Part shown: positions 38,401-52,400 of the stretch, piece by piece
Numbering within the stretch: the stretch's first letter is position 1
Layout: each line of letters starts with the position of its first letter
Origin: Macrostomum hystrix
Taxonomy: Eukaryota; Animalia; Platyhelminthes
DNA: 64,000 nt
Direction: 5' to 3'
Assembly (NCBI GenBank): GCA_950097015.1
Contig: CATNEN010000010.1
Location: forward strand, 1,178,001-1,242,000
Position numbers and translations under genes: made by a program
Notes under the pieces: generated by a model
Seen by the model: only the letters and a program-made list of their open reading frames with translations
Told to the model about the DNA's origin: nothing
Database searches by the model: none

Positions 38401-41400
38401 AATACACTTGGCGTAAAAATACATCAAAATTATCTATGCTTTGTCATTTCCTATTGGTTTTATTACTCGGAAATAAAAATAATGAGTACGCTTGTTCAGA
38501 CTACTCAAATTCTTGGAGCAGCTTTCTTGGGGGAGGAAATCCTAGGATCCTATTCACTGTCACAGCCTCAGCTCCTAGCTGAAGGATATTTTCTTTCTAA
38601 TTATTTCAACCAAAAAGGAATTCATTATCCCTCGCACAGCCAGGCATGGGGATAAACTGGAATCGGAATTGGATAATAAAAGAACTTGGTGCTTGTGCCA
38701 CTACAGATGGGATTAGACTAGCTGTCCTGGCTGCAAATCCCAGTCCTGGATTGGAAATCTTATTAAAGGTAAGCTGATTAACCTACAGTGGGACGGATTT
38801 CTTTGTGTCTGTTTTCAAAAGCAACTCGACTTTGTCTTGTGAAAAACTTCACCTCGACAAATTTACAAAGACCATTCTATTGCATAATGGAAAAATTGTT
38901 TTTCATGAATGGTCATTCTCGAGTGAAGGATCATGGGAGCGTGTATGAGTGAGACACTGAGGGTCATGGGAAGGTGTATGAGTGAGGCACTGAAGGCTCA
39001 TGGGAAGGTGTATGAGTGAGACACTGAGGGTCAGGGGAAGGTGTATGAGTGAGACACTGAGGGTCATGGGAAGGTGTATGAGTGAGGCACTGAAGGCTCA
39101 TGGGAAGGTGTATGAGTGAGGCACTGAAGGCTCATGGGAAGGTGTATGAGTGAGGCACTGAAGGATCATGGGAAGGTGTATGAGTGAGGCACTGAAGGAT
39201 CATGGGAAGGTGTATGAGTGAGGCACTGAAGGGTTATGGGAAGGTGTATGAGTGAGGCACTGAAGGGTTATGGGAAGGTGTATGAGTGAGACACTGAGGG
39301 TCATGGGAAGGTGTATGAGTGAGGCACTGAAGGGTTATGGGAGGGTGTATGAGTGAGACACTGAGGGTCATGGGAGGGTGTATGAGTGAGACACTGAGGG
39401 TCCTGGGAAGGTGTATGAGTGAGGCACTGAAGGCTCATGGGAAGGTGTATGAGTGAGACACTGAAGGATCATGGGAAGGTGTATGAGTGAGGCACTGAAG
39501 GATCATGGGAAGGTGTATGAGTGAGGCACTGAAGGCTCATGGGAAGGTGTATGAGTGAGACACTGAGGGTCATGGGAAGGTGTATGAGTGAGACACTGAG
39601 GGTCATGGGAAGGTGTATGATTGAGACACTGAGGGTCATGGGAAGGTGTATGAGTGAGACACTGAGGGTCATGGGAGGGTGTATGAGTGAGACACTGAAG
39701 GATCATGGGAAGGTGTATGAGTGAGACACTGAAGGATCATGGGAAGGTGTATGAGTGAGACACTGAAGGCTCATGGAAAGGTGTATGAGTGAGACACTGA
39801 AGGGTCATGTGAGGGTGTATGAGTGAGACACTGAAGGCTCATGGGAAGGTGTATGAGTGAGACACTGAGGGTCATGGGAAGGTGCATGAGTGAGGCACTG
39901 AAGGGTCATAGGAAGGTGTATGAGTGAGACACTGAGGGTCATGTGAGGGTGTATGAGTGAGACACTGAGGGTCATGGGAAGGTGTATGAGTGAGACACTG
40001 AGGGTCATGTGAGGGTGTATGAGTGAGACACTGAGGGTCATGGGAGGGTGTATGAGTGAGACACTGAGGGTCATGTGAGGGTGTATGAGTGAGACACTGA
40101 AGCAGCATTAGCAAGTTAAATTCCTTAAAAGCCAATTTCTAGGAACTGATTGATATTGCCATGGGACTCAATGTTTGCACCTTGAATTCACCTCACTAAT
40201 TATCATTGCAGAACCTGTATTGCCATGACAAGCTTAGCTAGCCAGGTCAGAGCATTATTATCCCAGCTGCAAGCGGTTGGCAGCAACTTCCGCAAGCTGT
40301 TTTGAAGTGTGTTTTGAGTTTCTTTTGTAATGAGCTTCGCATTCACAGCTGGCAGTGTGACCTCAGTGTCAGCCATCGCTCGTAACACGGCCTCTAGCAG
40401 GCTGAGATTTATCAAAAAACGAGCTTAATTACAATTTCACTGGTAATTAGCCGGATTCTGGGTCAGCTCAGGCACGAAACCTTCTTGGGTACACTGATCC
40501 CATTGAGGGACAGTTTTCGGAAGGGGAGTCAGATAAGATAGGGAACTAAATCTTTATCGCCCTGCAAATAAGCCGCGCAGCCCGGCCTATCAAAAATACC
40601 GGACAGTTAGGGGATGAAATCGAAGGCTCTGGTTGCTATGGGCCAAGTCCTGATGAGTCGAATGGCCCCAAGCGATAGCTTGTGTACAACCTGCCCATCA
40701 ATTATTGACTGCTTAGACAGCGGGTGGGGAGACCAGGTCGCGGCAAAGCTTTGAACAGTGCTTTGAGCCTCAAAGGCAGGTTTTAGGTCAGGGCAGATAA
40801 CAGACGGTTACCGACCATTGTTGCAATGTCTCTGATGAGCATTTTGGCCTTTTAATTGCTTCATTTTCTTCGTCCTTTTGATGTCAAAATTAAAAATGCT
40901 TAAAATATTTTTAGAAACAGGCAAAGGTGATTTCAGTTGACAAACACAATACCCACTCGCCTGTCCATCAAACTGTACTGAAACCCACTCGCCTGTCAAT
41001 CAAACTGTCTTGAAACCCACTCGCCTGTCAATCAAACTGTACTGAAACTCACTCGCCTGTCAATCAAACTGTCTTGAAACCCACTCGCCTGTCAATCAAA
41101 CTGTCTTGAAACCCACTCGCCTGTCAATCAAACTGTCTTGAAACTCACTCGCCTGTCAATCAAACGGTCTTGAAACCCACTCGCCTGTCAATCAAACTGT
41201 CTTGAAACCCACTCGCCTGTCAGTCAAACTGTCTTGAAACCCACTCGCCTGTCAATCAAACTGTACTGAAACTCACTCGCCTGTCCATCAAACTGTACTG
41301 AAACTCACTCGCCTGTCAATCAAACTGTACTGAAACTCACTCGCCTGTCAATCAAACTGTACTGAAACTCACTCGCCTGTCAATCAAACTGTACTGAAAC

Positions 41401-44400
41401 TCACTCGCCTGTCCATCAAACTGTATTGAAACTCACTCGCCTGTCAATCAAACTGTACTGAAACTCACTCGCCTGTCAATCAAACTGTACTGAAACTCAC
41501 TCGCCTGTCAATCAAACTGTCTTGAAACCCACTCGCCTGTCAATCAAACTGTACTGAAACTCACTCGCCTGTCAGTCAAACTGTACTGAAACTCACTCGC
41601 CTGTCAATCAAACTGTACTGAAACTCACTCGCCTGTCAATCAAACTGTACTGAAACCCACTCGCCTGTCAATCAAACTGTCTTGAAACCCACTCGCCTGT
41701 CAATCAAACGGTCTTAAAACCCACTCGCCTGTCAGTCAAACTGTCTTGAAACCCACTCGCCTGTCAATCAAACTGTACTGAAACCCACTCGCCTGTCAGT
41801 CAAACTGTCTTGAAACCCACTCGCCTGTCAATCAAACGGTCTTAAAACCCACTCGCCTGTCAATCAAACTGTACTGAAACTCACTCGCCTGTCCATCAAA
41901 CTGTATTGAAACTCACTCGCCTGTCCATCAAACTGTCTTGAAACCCACTCGCCTGTCCATCAAACTGTACTGAAACTCACTCGCCTGTCCATCAAACTGT
42001 ACTGAAACTCACTCGCCTGTCCATCAAACTGTATTGAAACTCACTCGCCTGTCAATCAAACTGTACTGAAACTCACTCGCCTGTCAGTCAAACTGTACTG
42101 AAACTCACTCGCCTGTCAATCAAACTGTACTGAAACTCACTCGCCTGTCAATCAAACTGTACTGAAACTCACTCGCCTGTCCATCAAACTGTCTTGAAAC
42201 CCACTCGCCTGTCCATCAAACTGTCTTGAAACTCACTCGCCTGTCAATCAAACGGTCTTAAAACCCACTCGCCTGTCAATCAAACGGTCTTAAAACCCAC
42301 TCGCCTGTCAATCAAACTGTACTGAAACCCACTCGCCTGTCAGTCAAACTGTCTTGAAACCCACTCGCCTGTCAATCAAACGGTCTTAAAACCCACTCGC
42401 CTGTAAATCAAACTGTACTGAAACCCACTCGCCTGTCAATCAAACGGTCTTAAAACCCACTCGCCTGTCAATCAAACTGTACTGAAACTCACTCGCCTGT
42501 CAATCAAACTGTACTGAAACTCACTCGCCTGTCAATCAAACTGTACTGAAACTCACTCGCCTGTCAATCAAACTGTACTGAAACTCACTCGCCTGTCAAT
42601 CAAACTGTACTGAAACTCACTCGCCTGTCCATCAAACTGTCTTGAAACCCACTCGCCTGTCCATCAAACTGTCTTGAAACCCACTCGCCTGTCCATCAAA
42701 CTGTATTGAAACTCACTCGCCTGTCAATCAAACTGTACTGAAACTCACTCGCCTGTCAATCAAACTGTACTGAAACTCACTCGCCTGTCAATCAAACTGT
42801 CTTGAAACCCACTCGCCTGTCAATCAAACTGTACTGAAACTCACTCGCCTGTCAGTCAAACTGTACTGAAACTCACTCGCCTGTCAATCAAACTGTACTG
42901 AAACTCACTCGCCTGTCAATCAAACTGTACTGAAACCCACTCGCCTGTCAATCAAACTGTCTTGAAACCCACTCGCCTGTCAATCAAACTGTACTGAAAC
43001 TCACTCGCCTGTCAATCAAACTGTACTGAAACTCACTCGCCTGTCAATCAGACTGTCTTGAAACCCACTCGCCTGTCAATCAAACGGTCTTAAAACCCAC
43101 TCGCCTGTCAGTCAAACTGTCTTGAAACCCACTCGCCTGTCAATCAAACTGTACTGAAACCCACTCGCCTGTCAGTCAAACTGTCTTGAAACCCACTCGC
43201 CTGTCAATCAAACGGTCTTAAAACCCACTCGCCTGTCAATCAAACTGTACTGAAACTCACTCGCCTGTCCATCAAACTGTATTGAAACTCACTCGCCTGT
43301 CAGTCAAACTGTACTGAAACCCACTCGCCTGTCAATCAAACTGTCTTGAAACCCACTCGCCTGTCAATCAAACGGTCTTAAAAGCCACTCGCCTGTCAGT
43401 CAAACTGTCTTGAAACCCACTCGCCTGTCAATCAAACTGTACTGAAACCCACTCGCCTGTCAGTCAAACTGTCTTGAAACCCACTCGCCTGTCAATCAAA
43501 CGGTCTTAAAACCCACTCGCCTGTCAATCAAACTGTACTGAAACTCACTCGCCTGTCCATCAAACTGTATTGAAACTCACTCGCCTGTCCATCAAACTGT
43601 CTTGAAACCCACTCGCCTGTCCATCAAACTGTACTGAAACTCACTCGCCTGTCCATCAAACTGTACTGAAACTCACTCGCCTGTCCATCAAACTGTATTG
43701 AAACTCACTCGCCTGTCAATCAAACTGTACTGAAACTCACTCGCCTGTCAGTCAAACTGTACTGAAACTCACTCGCCTGTCAATCAAACTGTACTGAAAC
43801 TCACTCGCCTGTCAATCAAACTGTACTGAAACTCACTCGCCTGTCAATCAAACTGTACTGAAACTCACTCGCCTGTCCATCAAACTGTACTGAAACTCAC
43901 TCGCCTGTCCATCAAACTGTCTTGAAACCCACTCGCCTGTCCATCAAACTGTCTTGAAACTCACTCGCCTGTCAATCAAACGGTCTTAAAACCCACTCGC
44001 CTGTCAATCAAACGGTCTTAAAACCCACTCGCCTGTCAATCAAACTGTACTGAAACCCACTCGCCTGTCAGTCAAACTGTCTTGAAACCCACTCGCCTGT
44101 CAATCAAACGGTCTTAAAACCCACTCGCCTGTAAATCAAACTGTACTGAAACCCACTCGCCTGTCAATCAAACGGTCTTAAAACCCACTCGCCTGTCAAT
44201 CAAACTGTACTGAAACTCACTCGCCTGTCAATCAAACTGTACTGAAACTCACTCGCCTGTCAATCAAACTGTACTGAAACTCACTCGCCTGTCAATCAAA
44301 CTGTACTGAAACTCACTCGCCTGTCAATCAAACTGTACTGAAACTCACTCGCCTGTCCATCAAACTGTATTGAAAACTCACTCGCCTGTCAATCAAACTG

Positions 44401-47400
44401 TACTGAAACTCACTCGCCTGTCAATCAAACTGTACTGAAACTCACTCGCCTGTCAATCAAACGGTCTTAAAACCCACTCGCCTGTCAATCAAACTGTACT
44501 GAAACTCACTCGCCTGTCCATCAAACTGTATTGAAACTCACTCGCCTGTCCATCAAACTGTCTTGAAACCCACTCGCCTGTCCATCAAACTGTACTGAAA
44601 CTCACTCGCCTGTCCATCAAACTGTACTGAAACTCACTCGCCTGTCCATCAAACTGTATTGAAACTCACTCGCCTGTCAATCAAACTGTACTGAAACTCA
44701 CTCGCCTGTCAATCAAACTGTACTGAAACTCACTCGCCTGTCAATCAAACTGTACTGAAACTCACTCGCCTGTCAATCAAACTGTACTGAAACTCACTCG
44801 CCTGTCAATCAAACTGTACTGAAACTCACTCGCCTGTCCATCAAACTGTACTGAAACTCACTCGCCTGTCCATCAAACTGTACTGAAACTCACTCGCCTG
44901 TCCATCAAACTGTCTTGAAACTCACTCGCCTGTCAATCAAACGGTCTTAAAACCCACTCGCCTGTCAATCAAACGGTCTTAAAACCCACTCGCCTGTCAA
45001 TCAAACTGTACTGAAACCCACTCGCCTGTCAGTCAAACTGTCTTGAAACCCACTCGCCTGTCAATCAAACGGTCTTAAAACCCACTCGCCTGTAAATCAA
45101 ACTGTACTGAAACCCACTCGCCTGTCAATCAAACGGTCTTAAAACCCACTCGCCTGTCAATCAAACTGTACTGAAACTCACTCGCCTGTCAATCAAACTG
45201 TACTGAAACTCACTCGCCTGTCAATCAAACTGTACTGAAACTCACTCGCCTGTCAATCAAACTGTACTGAAACTCACTCGCCTGTCAATCAAACTGTACT
45301 GAAACTCACTCGCCTGTCAATCAAACTGTACTGAAACTCACTCGCCTGTCAATCAAACTGTACTGAAACTCACTCGCCTGTCAATCAAACTGTACTGAAA
45401 CTCACTCGCCTGTCAATCAAACTGTACTGAAACTCACTCGCCTGTCAATCAAACTGTACTGAAACTCACTCGCCTGTCAATCAAACTGTCTTGAAACCCA
45501 CTCGCCTGTCCATCAAACTGTCTTGAAACTCACTCGCCTGTCAATCAAACTGTACTGAAACTCACTCCCCTGTCAATCAAACTGTACTGAAACTCACTCG
45601 CCTGTCAATCAAACTGTCTTGAAACCCACTCGCCTGTCAATCAAACTGTACTGAAACTCACTCGCCTGTCAGTCAAACTGTACTGAAACTCACTCGCCTG
45701 TTAATCAAACTGTACTGAAACTCACTCGCCTGTCAATCAAACTGTACTGAAACCCACTCGCCTGTCAATCAAACTGTCTTGAAACCCACTCGCCTGTCAA
45801 TCAAACGGTCTTAAAACCCACTCGCCTGTCATTCAAACTGTCTTGAAACCCACTCGCCTGTCAATCAAACTGTACTGAAACTCACTCACCTGTCAATCAA
45901 ACTGTACTGAAACTCACTCGCCTGTCAATCAAACTGTACTGAAACTCACTCGCCTGTCCATCAAACTGTACTGAAACTCACTCGCCTGTCCATCAAACTG
46001 TATTGAAACTCACTCGCCTGTCCATCAAACTGTCTTGAAACCCACTCGCCTGTCCATCAAACTGTCTTGAAACTCACTCGCCTGTCCATCAAACTGTACT
46101 GAAACTCACTCGCCTGTCAATCAAACTGTACTGAAACCCACTCGCCTGTCCATCAAACTGTATTGAAACTCACTCGCCTGTCAATCAAACTGTACTGAAA
46201 CTCACTCGCCTGTCAATCAAACTGTACTGAAACTCACTCGCCTGTCAATCAAACTGTACTGAAACTCACTCGCCTGTCAGTCAAACTGTCTTGAAACCCA
46301 CTCGCCTGTCAATCAAACTGTACTGAAACTCACTCGCCTGTCAATCAAACTGTACTGAAACTCACTCGCCTGTCAATCAAACTGTACTGAAACTCACTCG
46401 CCTGTCCAACAAACTGTATTGAAACTCACTCGCCTGTCCATCAAACTGTCTTGAAACCCACTCGCCTGTCCATCAAACTGTCTTGAAACTCACTCGCCTG
46501 TCCATCAAACTGTACTGAAACTCACTCGCCTGTCAATCAAACTGTACTGAAACCCACTCGCCTGTCCATCAAACTGTATTGAAACTCACTCGCCTGTCAA
46601 TCAAACTGTACTGAAACTCACTCGCCTGTCAATCAAACTGTACTGAAACTCACTCGCCTGTCAATCAAACTGTACTGAAACTCACTCGCCTGTCAGTCAA
46701 ACTGTCTTGAAACCCACTCGCCTGTCAATCAAACTGTACTGAAAGTAAGAGAGTGGGGAGTGGGGAGTGGAGAGTGGAGAGTGGAGAGTAAGAGAGTGGG
46801 GAGTGGAGAGTGGAGAGTAAGAGAGTGGGGAGTGGAGAGTGGAGAGTGGAGAGTAAGAGAGTGGGGAGTGGAGAGTGGAGAGTAAGAGAGTGGGGAGTGG
46901 AGAGTGGAGAGTAAGAGAGTGGGGAGTGGGGAGTGGAGAGTGGAGAGTAAGAGAGTGGGGAGTGGAGAGTGGAGAGTAAGAGAGTGGGGAGTGGGGAGTG
47001 GGGAGTGGAGAGTGGAGAGTGGGGAGTGGAGAGTGGAGAGTAAGAGAGTGGGGAGTGGGGAGTGGAGAGTGGAGAGTAAGAGAGTGGGGAGTGGAGAGTG
47101 GAGAGTAAGAGAGTGGGGAGTGGGGAGTGGGGAGTGGAGAGTGGAGAGTGGGGAGTGGAGAGTGGAGAGTAAGAGAGTGGGGAGTGGGGAGTGGAGAGTG
47201 GAGAGTAAGAGAGTTAGACTAGCAGGGTCAGGAAGTGGGGAGTTGGTGCGGGAATCAGGCGCAGCGCAGAAGCAGAGCGGAGGGGAGCCTGGAAATCCCA
47301 GCTTGAAATTCTGCGATAATCGTTTCTCCCCAATCCTTGGAGGAACTTTCCGTTGCGAAACGGGCAGGCAACCAAATCCGTTAAGAATTGGGATCTCGGC

Positions 47401-49448
47401 TCCAGGCTTCCCAGAGCTGCCAATTCATTTATTTGTCGGTCGGTCCTTGTTTATCAACCTGAAACATTTCCTAAACTTGATGGACATTGGCCAAGGCCCG
47501 CAGTGTCTGGTCGCTCTCTGGCATTTGCTAAAAATCAGTTGCTAAATCACTCCCAGTTGGGACAAGCGGAACTTCTAATACCTGTGTTTGCCTCATCAGT
47601 GTGTGCGTGTGAGTGTGTGAGTGTGAGTGCTTGTGAGTGTGTGTGTGAGTGTGAGTGTGTGTGTGTGTGAGTGTGTGTATGGTTGCAAATTGACAAGCAA
47701 TGCCTACAAAGCGGGGCTTGTTCGGCCAAAAAGTTTTCCGAATAGCAAGTCAGACTCATTGGTAAGAGAATCGGCAGCCATTGGTGCAAAATGACCTCGA
47801 AGGACAGCTCCGATTGACTTGTGTTCGATTGGGTGCCCTATGAATTGGTGAATAAATTTTCTGCCCCATCAAGGTCAGTGGGGAGCCCGCGCTGTTTTGA
47901 AGTGCAGTTATAGAAAATAGTGTTGCCGTAGACGCGCCCAATGACTTGTCTGCAATCGATGGGCAGCCAGCGAATATTCATCGATTTGTTCTCTGGCTTG
48001 CTGGCACAGCAAGTCGCCAAATGGAATCTGTAATTGTCGATAGTTTCATGCTTATAAGCTGCCTCGTTAGGCTATTGGAATGATGGGATTACTGTTTCCG
48101 GGCTTTTGCGGAATTTCGCGAAGGATAAAAGTACGATTCGACCGACATTGGGCAGAGGAACTATAAGTTGAGAATAGGACAGGGGAGGCGATTAAAGCGA
48201 GGAGAAAGGAGAGGAGGAAAAAAGGACGAGTTGGAGAACACAAGATGAGAAGGAGAAGGAGAGGGAGGAGGCAGGAGAGGGAGAAGGCAGGAGTGGTAGA
48301 AGGCAGGAGAGGGAGAAGGCAGGAGAGGGAGAAGGCAGGAGAGGGAGAAGGCAGGAGAGGGAGAAGGCAGAAGGGGAGGGAGAAGGCAGGAGAGGGAGAA
48401 GGCAGAAGGGGAGGGAGAAGGCAGGAGGGGAGTGAGAAGGCAGTAGGGGAGGGAGAAGGCAGGAGAGGGAGAAGGCAGTAGGGGAGGGAGAAGGCAGGAG
48501 AGGGAGAAGAACACAGCGATGTGAAACGAACTTGCTGAATTGAGTGCGCGAGAAGGCCAGGACAGTAGACTGATAAAGATCTAATTCATAATGGCTGCTC
48601 GGGAAATAATGGGAGATTAATAAATTAGAGATGAGCAATAGCGATAAGACATTGAGTGAAGACAAAGTGACTGGCTGCTTGGCGGATCAGTACCAAAGAG
48701 GTCTTAATTGGCAGGCCAAAGCTCCTAAGAGAATACACGAAGTGGAGAGATCAGTCCACAGATGCCCCAGACGATGGTGACCGCACCGCATCCTCTCATT
48801 CAGTTCCCTGCTCATGTTTTGATGCTGCACTAATCCCCAACCCAGACAAGTCCCCCCTGACCTCTTCAAGGCTAGTCCAAGTCACTTCTGCTTTGGCATC
48901 TGCAGCTCCCTGACTTCTTGCCGCTAGGCGGGGATGGCCGATAAATAATGCACGCAGAGCCTGCCTGGTGAGTTCTGGACTAGCGAAGGTCAGCGGGCAG
49001 TTGGTCGCTCCTAATGTGCCTTCAGTGTTTGCTATGCTGTGTGTTTTTAGAGATTAAAATCACAGCGGTATTGAGTTTCCAATTTCAATAAAAGTTCGTG
49101 TCCATTTGTAGCTTGGCTGGAAACCAGACACCGATCGAAAAATGGCTGGCAAACACATCGCAGCGATGATGGAATTGGTCTAGCAGAAGGCTGGTCGCAT
49201 GAAATGCTATATTTTATTACAGTATTGCATTCTGAGGATGGCATGTGCGGGAGGCGTTTAATAATTAACGAATTTGTTCGCACCGCGGGTATGCTGGGGA
49301 ATTTCTCCCATTCAAGTTGGCGTACAGGATGAGAGCAGCAAGGGGAGCGTCGATGTTTGAGCACGTCCGTGTAGCCCTACTTGCGCCTCACATTGAGTCC
49401 TCATCGCCCAGTGTTCTTTGTCCGTGAGAACTGGGTGCATCTGGTTCC

Positions 49449-49479
<31 letters not shown>

Positions 49480-52400
49480 GGATTATAAACGAAGACGAAA
49501 GTATTTTCGGAAGCCGAATTTTCTTACAGACGGGCGCAGCCAGTCTCTGAGTTAGTGTTTGCCCTTTTCATTTCCGCTTTCTTGGCGGACTCGTTCTCAT
49601 TTTTCTCTCTCTTTATTTTAATTCTGCGGGCACTCTCTGAGTCAAGCGCTCAAGGCTCATGTGGCTTCCCGGCTGGGAGGGGGGTGGGTGTGAGACACGG
49701 CAGCAGCTGCGGCCGCTTTGACGCCATCGGCCAAGAACTTATTAAGCTCGCCCCGTAGGCTCGATAATTTCGGGCCCATCTATTTTTTCCGACGAATCGG
49801 CAAAACATCTCCTAGGAGGGGAGGTGGGGTGGGCAGTGGCTTGGGAGCTGTTGCCAATGGCTTAATTAACTCCAGTTCCCAGCTGGCGGGGTGCTGGTCA
49901 CGCTGCTGGGCAGGTCTGGGATAAAAGTCCCCCCTCACAACCTGGCGCCGCCCTCCGCGTCTTTGAAAGGTCCAGCAGAGGCCGTAAGCAGAATCTGGAA
50001 AGCAATGGGCAGCGCTGGAATCCGGGCAGGCAGCGAGTGCACTTTGATTTTTTTCCAATTTCACTTCTCGCCACTTTTCCAACCACCACGCGGAAGGCTC
50101 GGCTTATTCATTGGAGCTGAGCACGCCACAATAACCTGCCTTCTCGCATTTCAATCCTGACTGCGTGTGCGAACTTGGCGATCCCAGTCAAAACACTTGC
50201 TGGGACTGTTCTGTTCTCGCGCGAAAGATTTTCCAGGGATTTCGCATGGGTCCAGGAAGGGGACTCCGCTCCTGCTGCACCGGCGCTCAAGCTAATTCCT
50301 ATCAAGCTAAGCCGCCAAGCCAGCGAAAGAGGATTAGTGCTTATGCGGATCTTGTCCAGAGTGACAGCCTAGCGATCGGGATTTCAGAACAGGGAAGATC
50401 CCGTAAGGGGAGTTGGGAGAAATCAGAGGGGATCCAAGAGCAGCGAGGCTAATAATTGAAATCGATGAATTGCGTGCCACCATTGTTATCAGTTTCATTA
50501 GGTGCATTTCAGTGACTGAGACTGCCACCATTGTTATCAGTTTCATTAGCTGCATTTCAGTGACTGAGACTGCCACCATTGTTATCAGTTTCATTAGCTG
50601 CATTTCAGTGACTGAGACTGCCACCATTGTTATCAGTTTCATTAGCTGCATTTCAGTGACTGAGACTGCCACCATTGTTATCAGTTTCATTAGCTGCATT
50701 TCAGTGACTGAGACTGCCACCATTGTTATCAGTTTCATTAGCTGCATTTGAGTGACTGAGACTGCCACCATTGTTATCAGTTTCATTAGCTGCATTTCAG
50801 TGACTGAGACTGCCACCATTGTTATCAGTTTCATTAGCTGCATTTCAGTGACTGAGACTGCCACCATTGTTATCAGTTTCATTAGGTGCATTTCAGTGAC
50901 TGAGACTGCCACCATTGTTATCAGTTTCATTAGCTGCATTTCAGTGACTGAGACTGCCACCATTGTTATCAGTTTCATTAGGTGCATTTCAGTGACTGAG
51001 ACTGCCACCATTGTTATCAGTTTCATTAGCTGCATTTCAGTGACTGAGACTGCCACCATTGTTATCAGTTTCATTAGCTGCATTTCAGTGACTGAGACTG
51101 CCACCATTGTTATCAGTTTCATTAGCTGCATTTCAGTGACTGAGACTGCCACCATTGTTATCAGTTTCATTAGCTGCATTTCAGTGACTGAGACTGCCAC
51201 CATTGTTATCAGTTTCATTAGCTGCATTTCAGTGACTGAGACTGCCACCATTGTTATCAGTTTCATTAGCTGCATTTCAGTGACTGAGACTGCCACCATT
51301 GTTATCAGTTTCATTAGCTGCATTTCAGTGACTGAGACTGCCACCATTGTTATCAGTTTCATTAGCTGCATTTCAGTGACTGAGACTGCCCCAGCTGCCC
51401 CAGTTGTTATTGTTTATTAAGAGCTATATCATATTGATTATATTGTTTAAATATTTATTAAACCAATATGGATTCGCCATAAACCCATAAACCAGATTAA
51501 ATTATTTTGCCTTTTTGCTTCAATTCTACTTGCCAGTTAATTTCCACGATTGTCGTTATTGAAGAAATAAATCCGGAAAGGAGAAAGTGCTTTCCTGGTT
51601 AATTTCCGGGACCAATGCCCGACACTGCTTTCAGCTAAACCGTTTCTTCTGACTGCAACTGAATGTGATAAAAAAAGATAAGTTCATTCAGAGTTGCTGC
51701 CTTGCAAGATATGAAAGTGAATGTTATTTTATACAGGCAACTCCGGTCGAAGCGGTCGAAGTCAATAAAAAACTTTTTGCCAAAGGTTTACATGCTGAAG
51801 GTTCCAGAGAAACAAAAAAAATTGCGAGTCATGGCAACGATATATCACAATCAAGCTGTAATTTAACTGTTTCCGGTGGAAATTAGACTTCAATCTTTCC
51901 CCAAATCATGGATTTAATTTCCATGTAATACGAGCCGTAATTCCTAGGGAGGACTAGAGTGGATTATATTTTCCTTTTGGACTGGAAAATGAAATGATCT
52001 GCAAATTAGTGCGCCAGACAGCACAGCCAACCCGCCATCAGCGGTGCCGCAAAAGCCAAGAAAAGCAACACAAGGAAGAACCTGCAGCGGCAGGCGTTGT
52101 CGCGTGTTTCTGCGCAATTTTCGCATCACCAGCTGGGGCTGCGGCTGTCAACTGTCTCTCTCAGTCACCGCGCTGGCTGGCTTAACAAGCAAATCTCCAT
52201 TCAGCATTCACTGCAAGGGCCCAGAACGGCCCAAGTTTTTCTGGCCATTCACCTTCCAAGCCGTGCCCTGAAAATGAGGATTTCTGGCTGGATGCAGCCG
52301 CATTCCCTGTACGCTTTCATACACACGCATTCCTTCTCGATATCCTCCTATCTGTAGTTTCCCATTAAATGAGGAATAATATACGGCAGCGGCTGTAATC

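Noticed and set aside
38352-38655. AT-rich ORFs with [11 protein letters not shown] vaguely recalling COX1 (NUMT)
   Set aside because: Similarity is limited to a few residues, with no flanking COX1 motifs.
14167-46744. Regular 32-48-bp repeats suggesting CRISPR arrays
   Set aside because: The units are contiguous with no unique spacers, there are no cas genes, and the context is eukaryotic introns.
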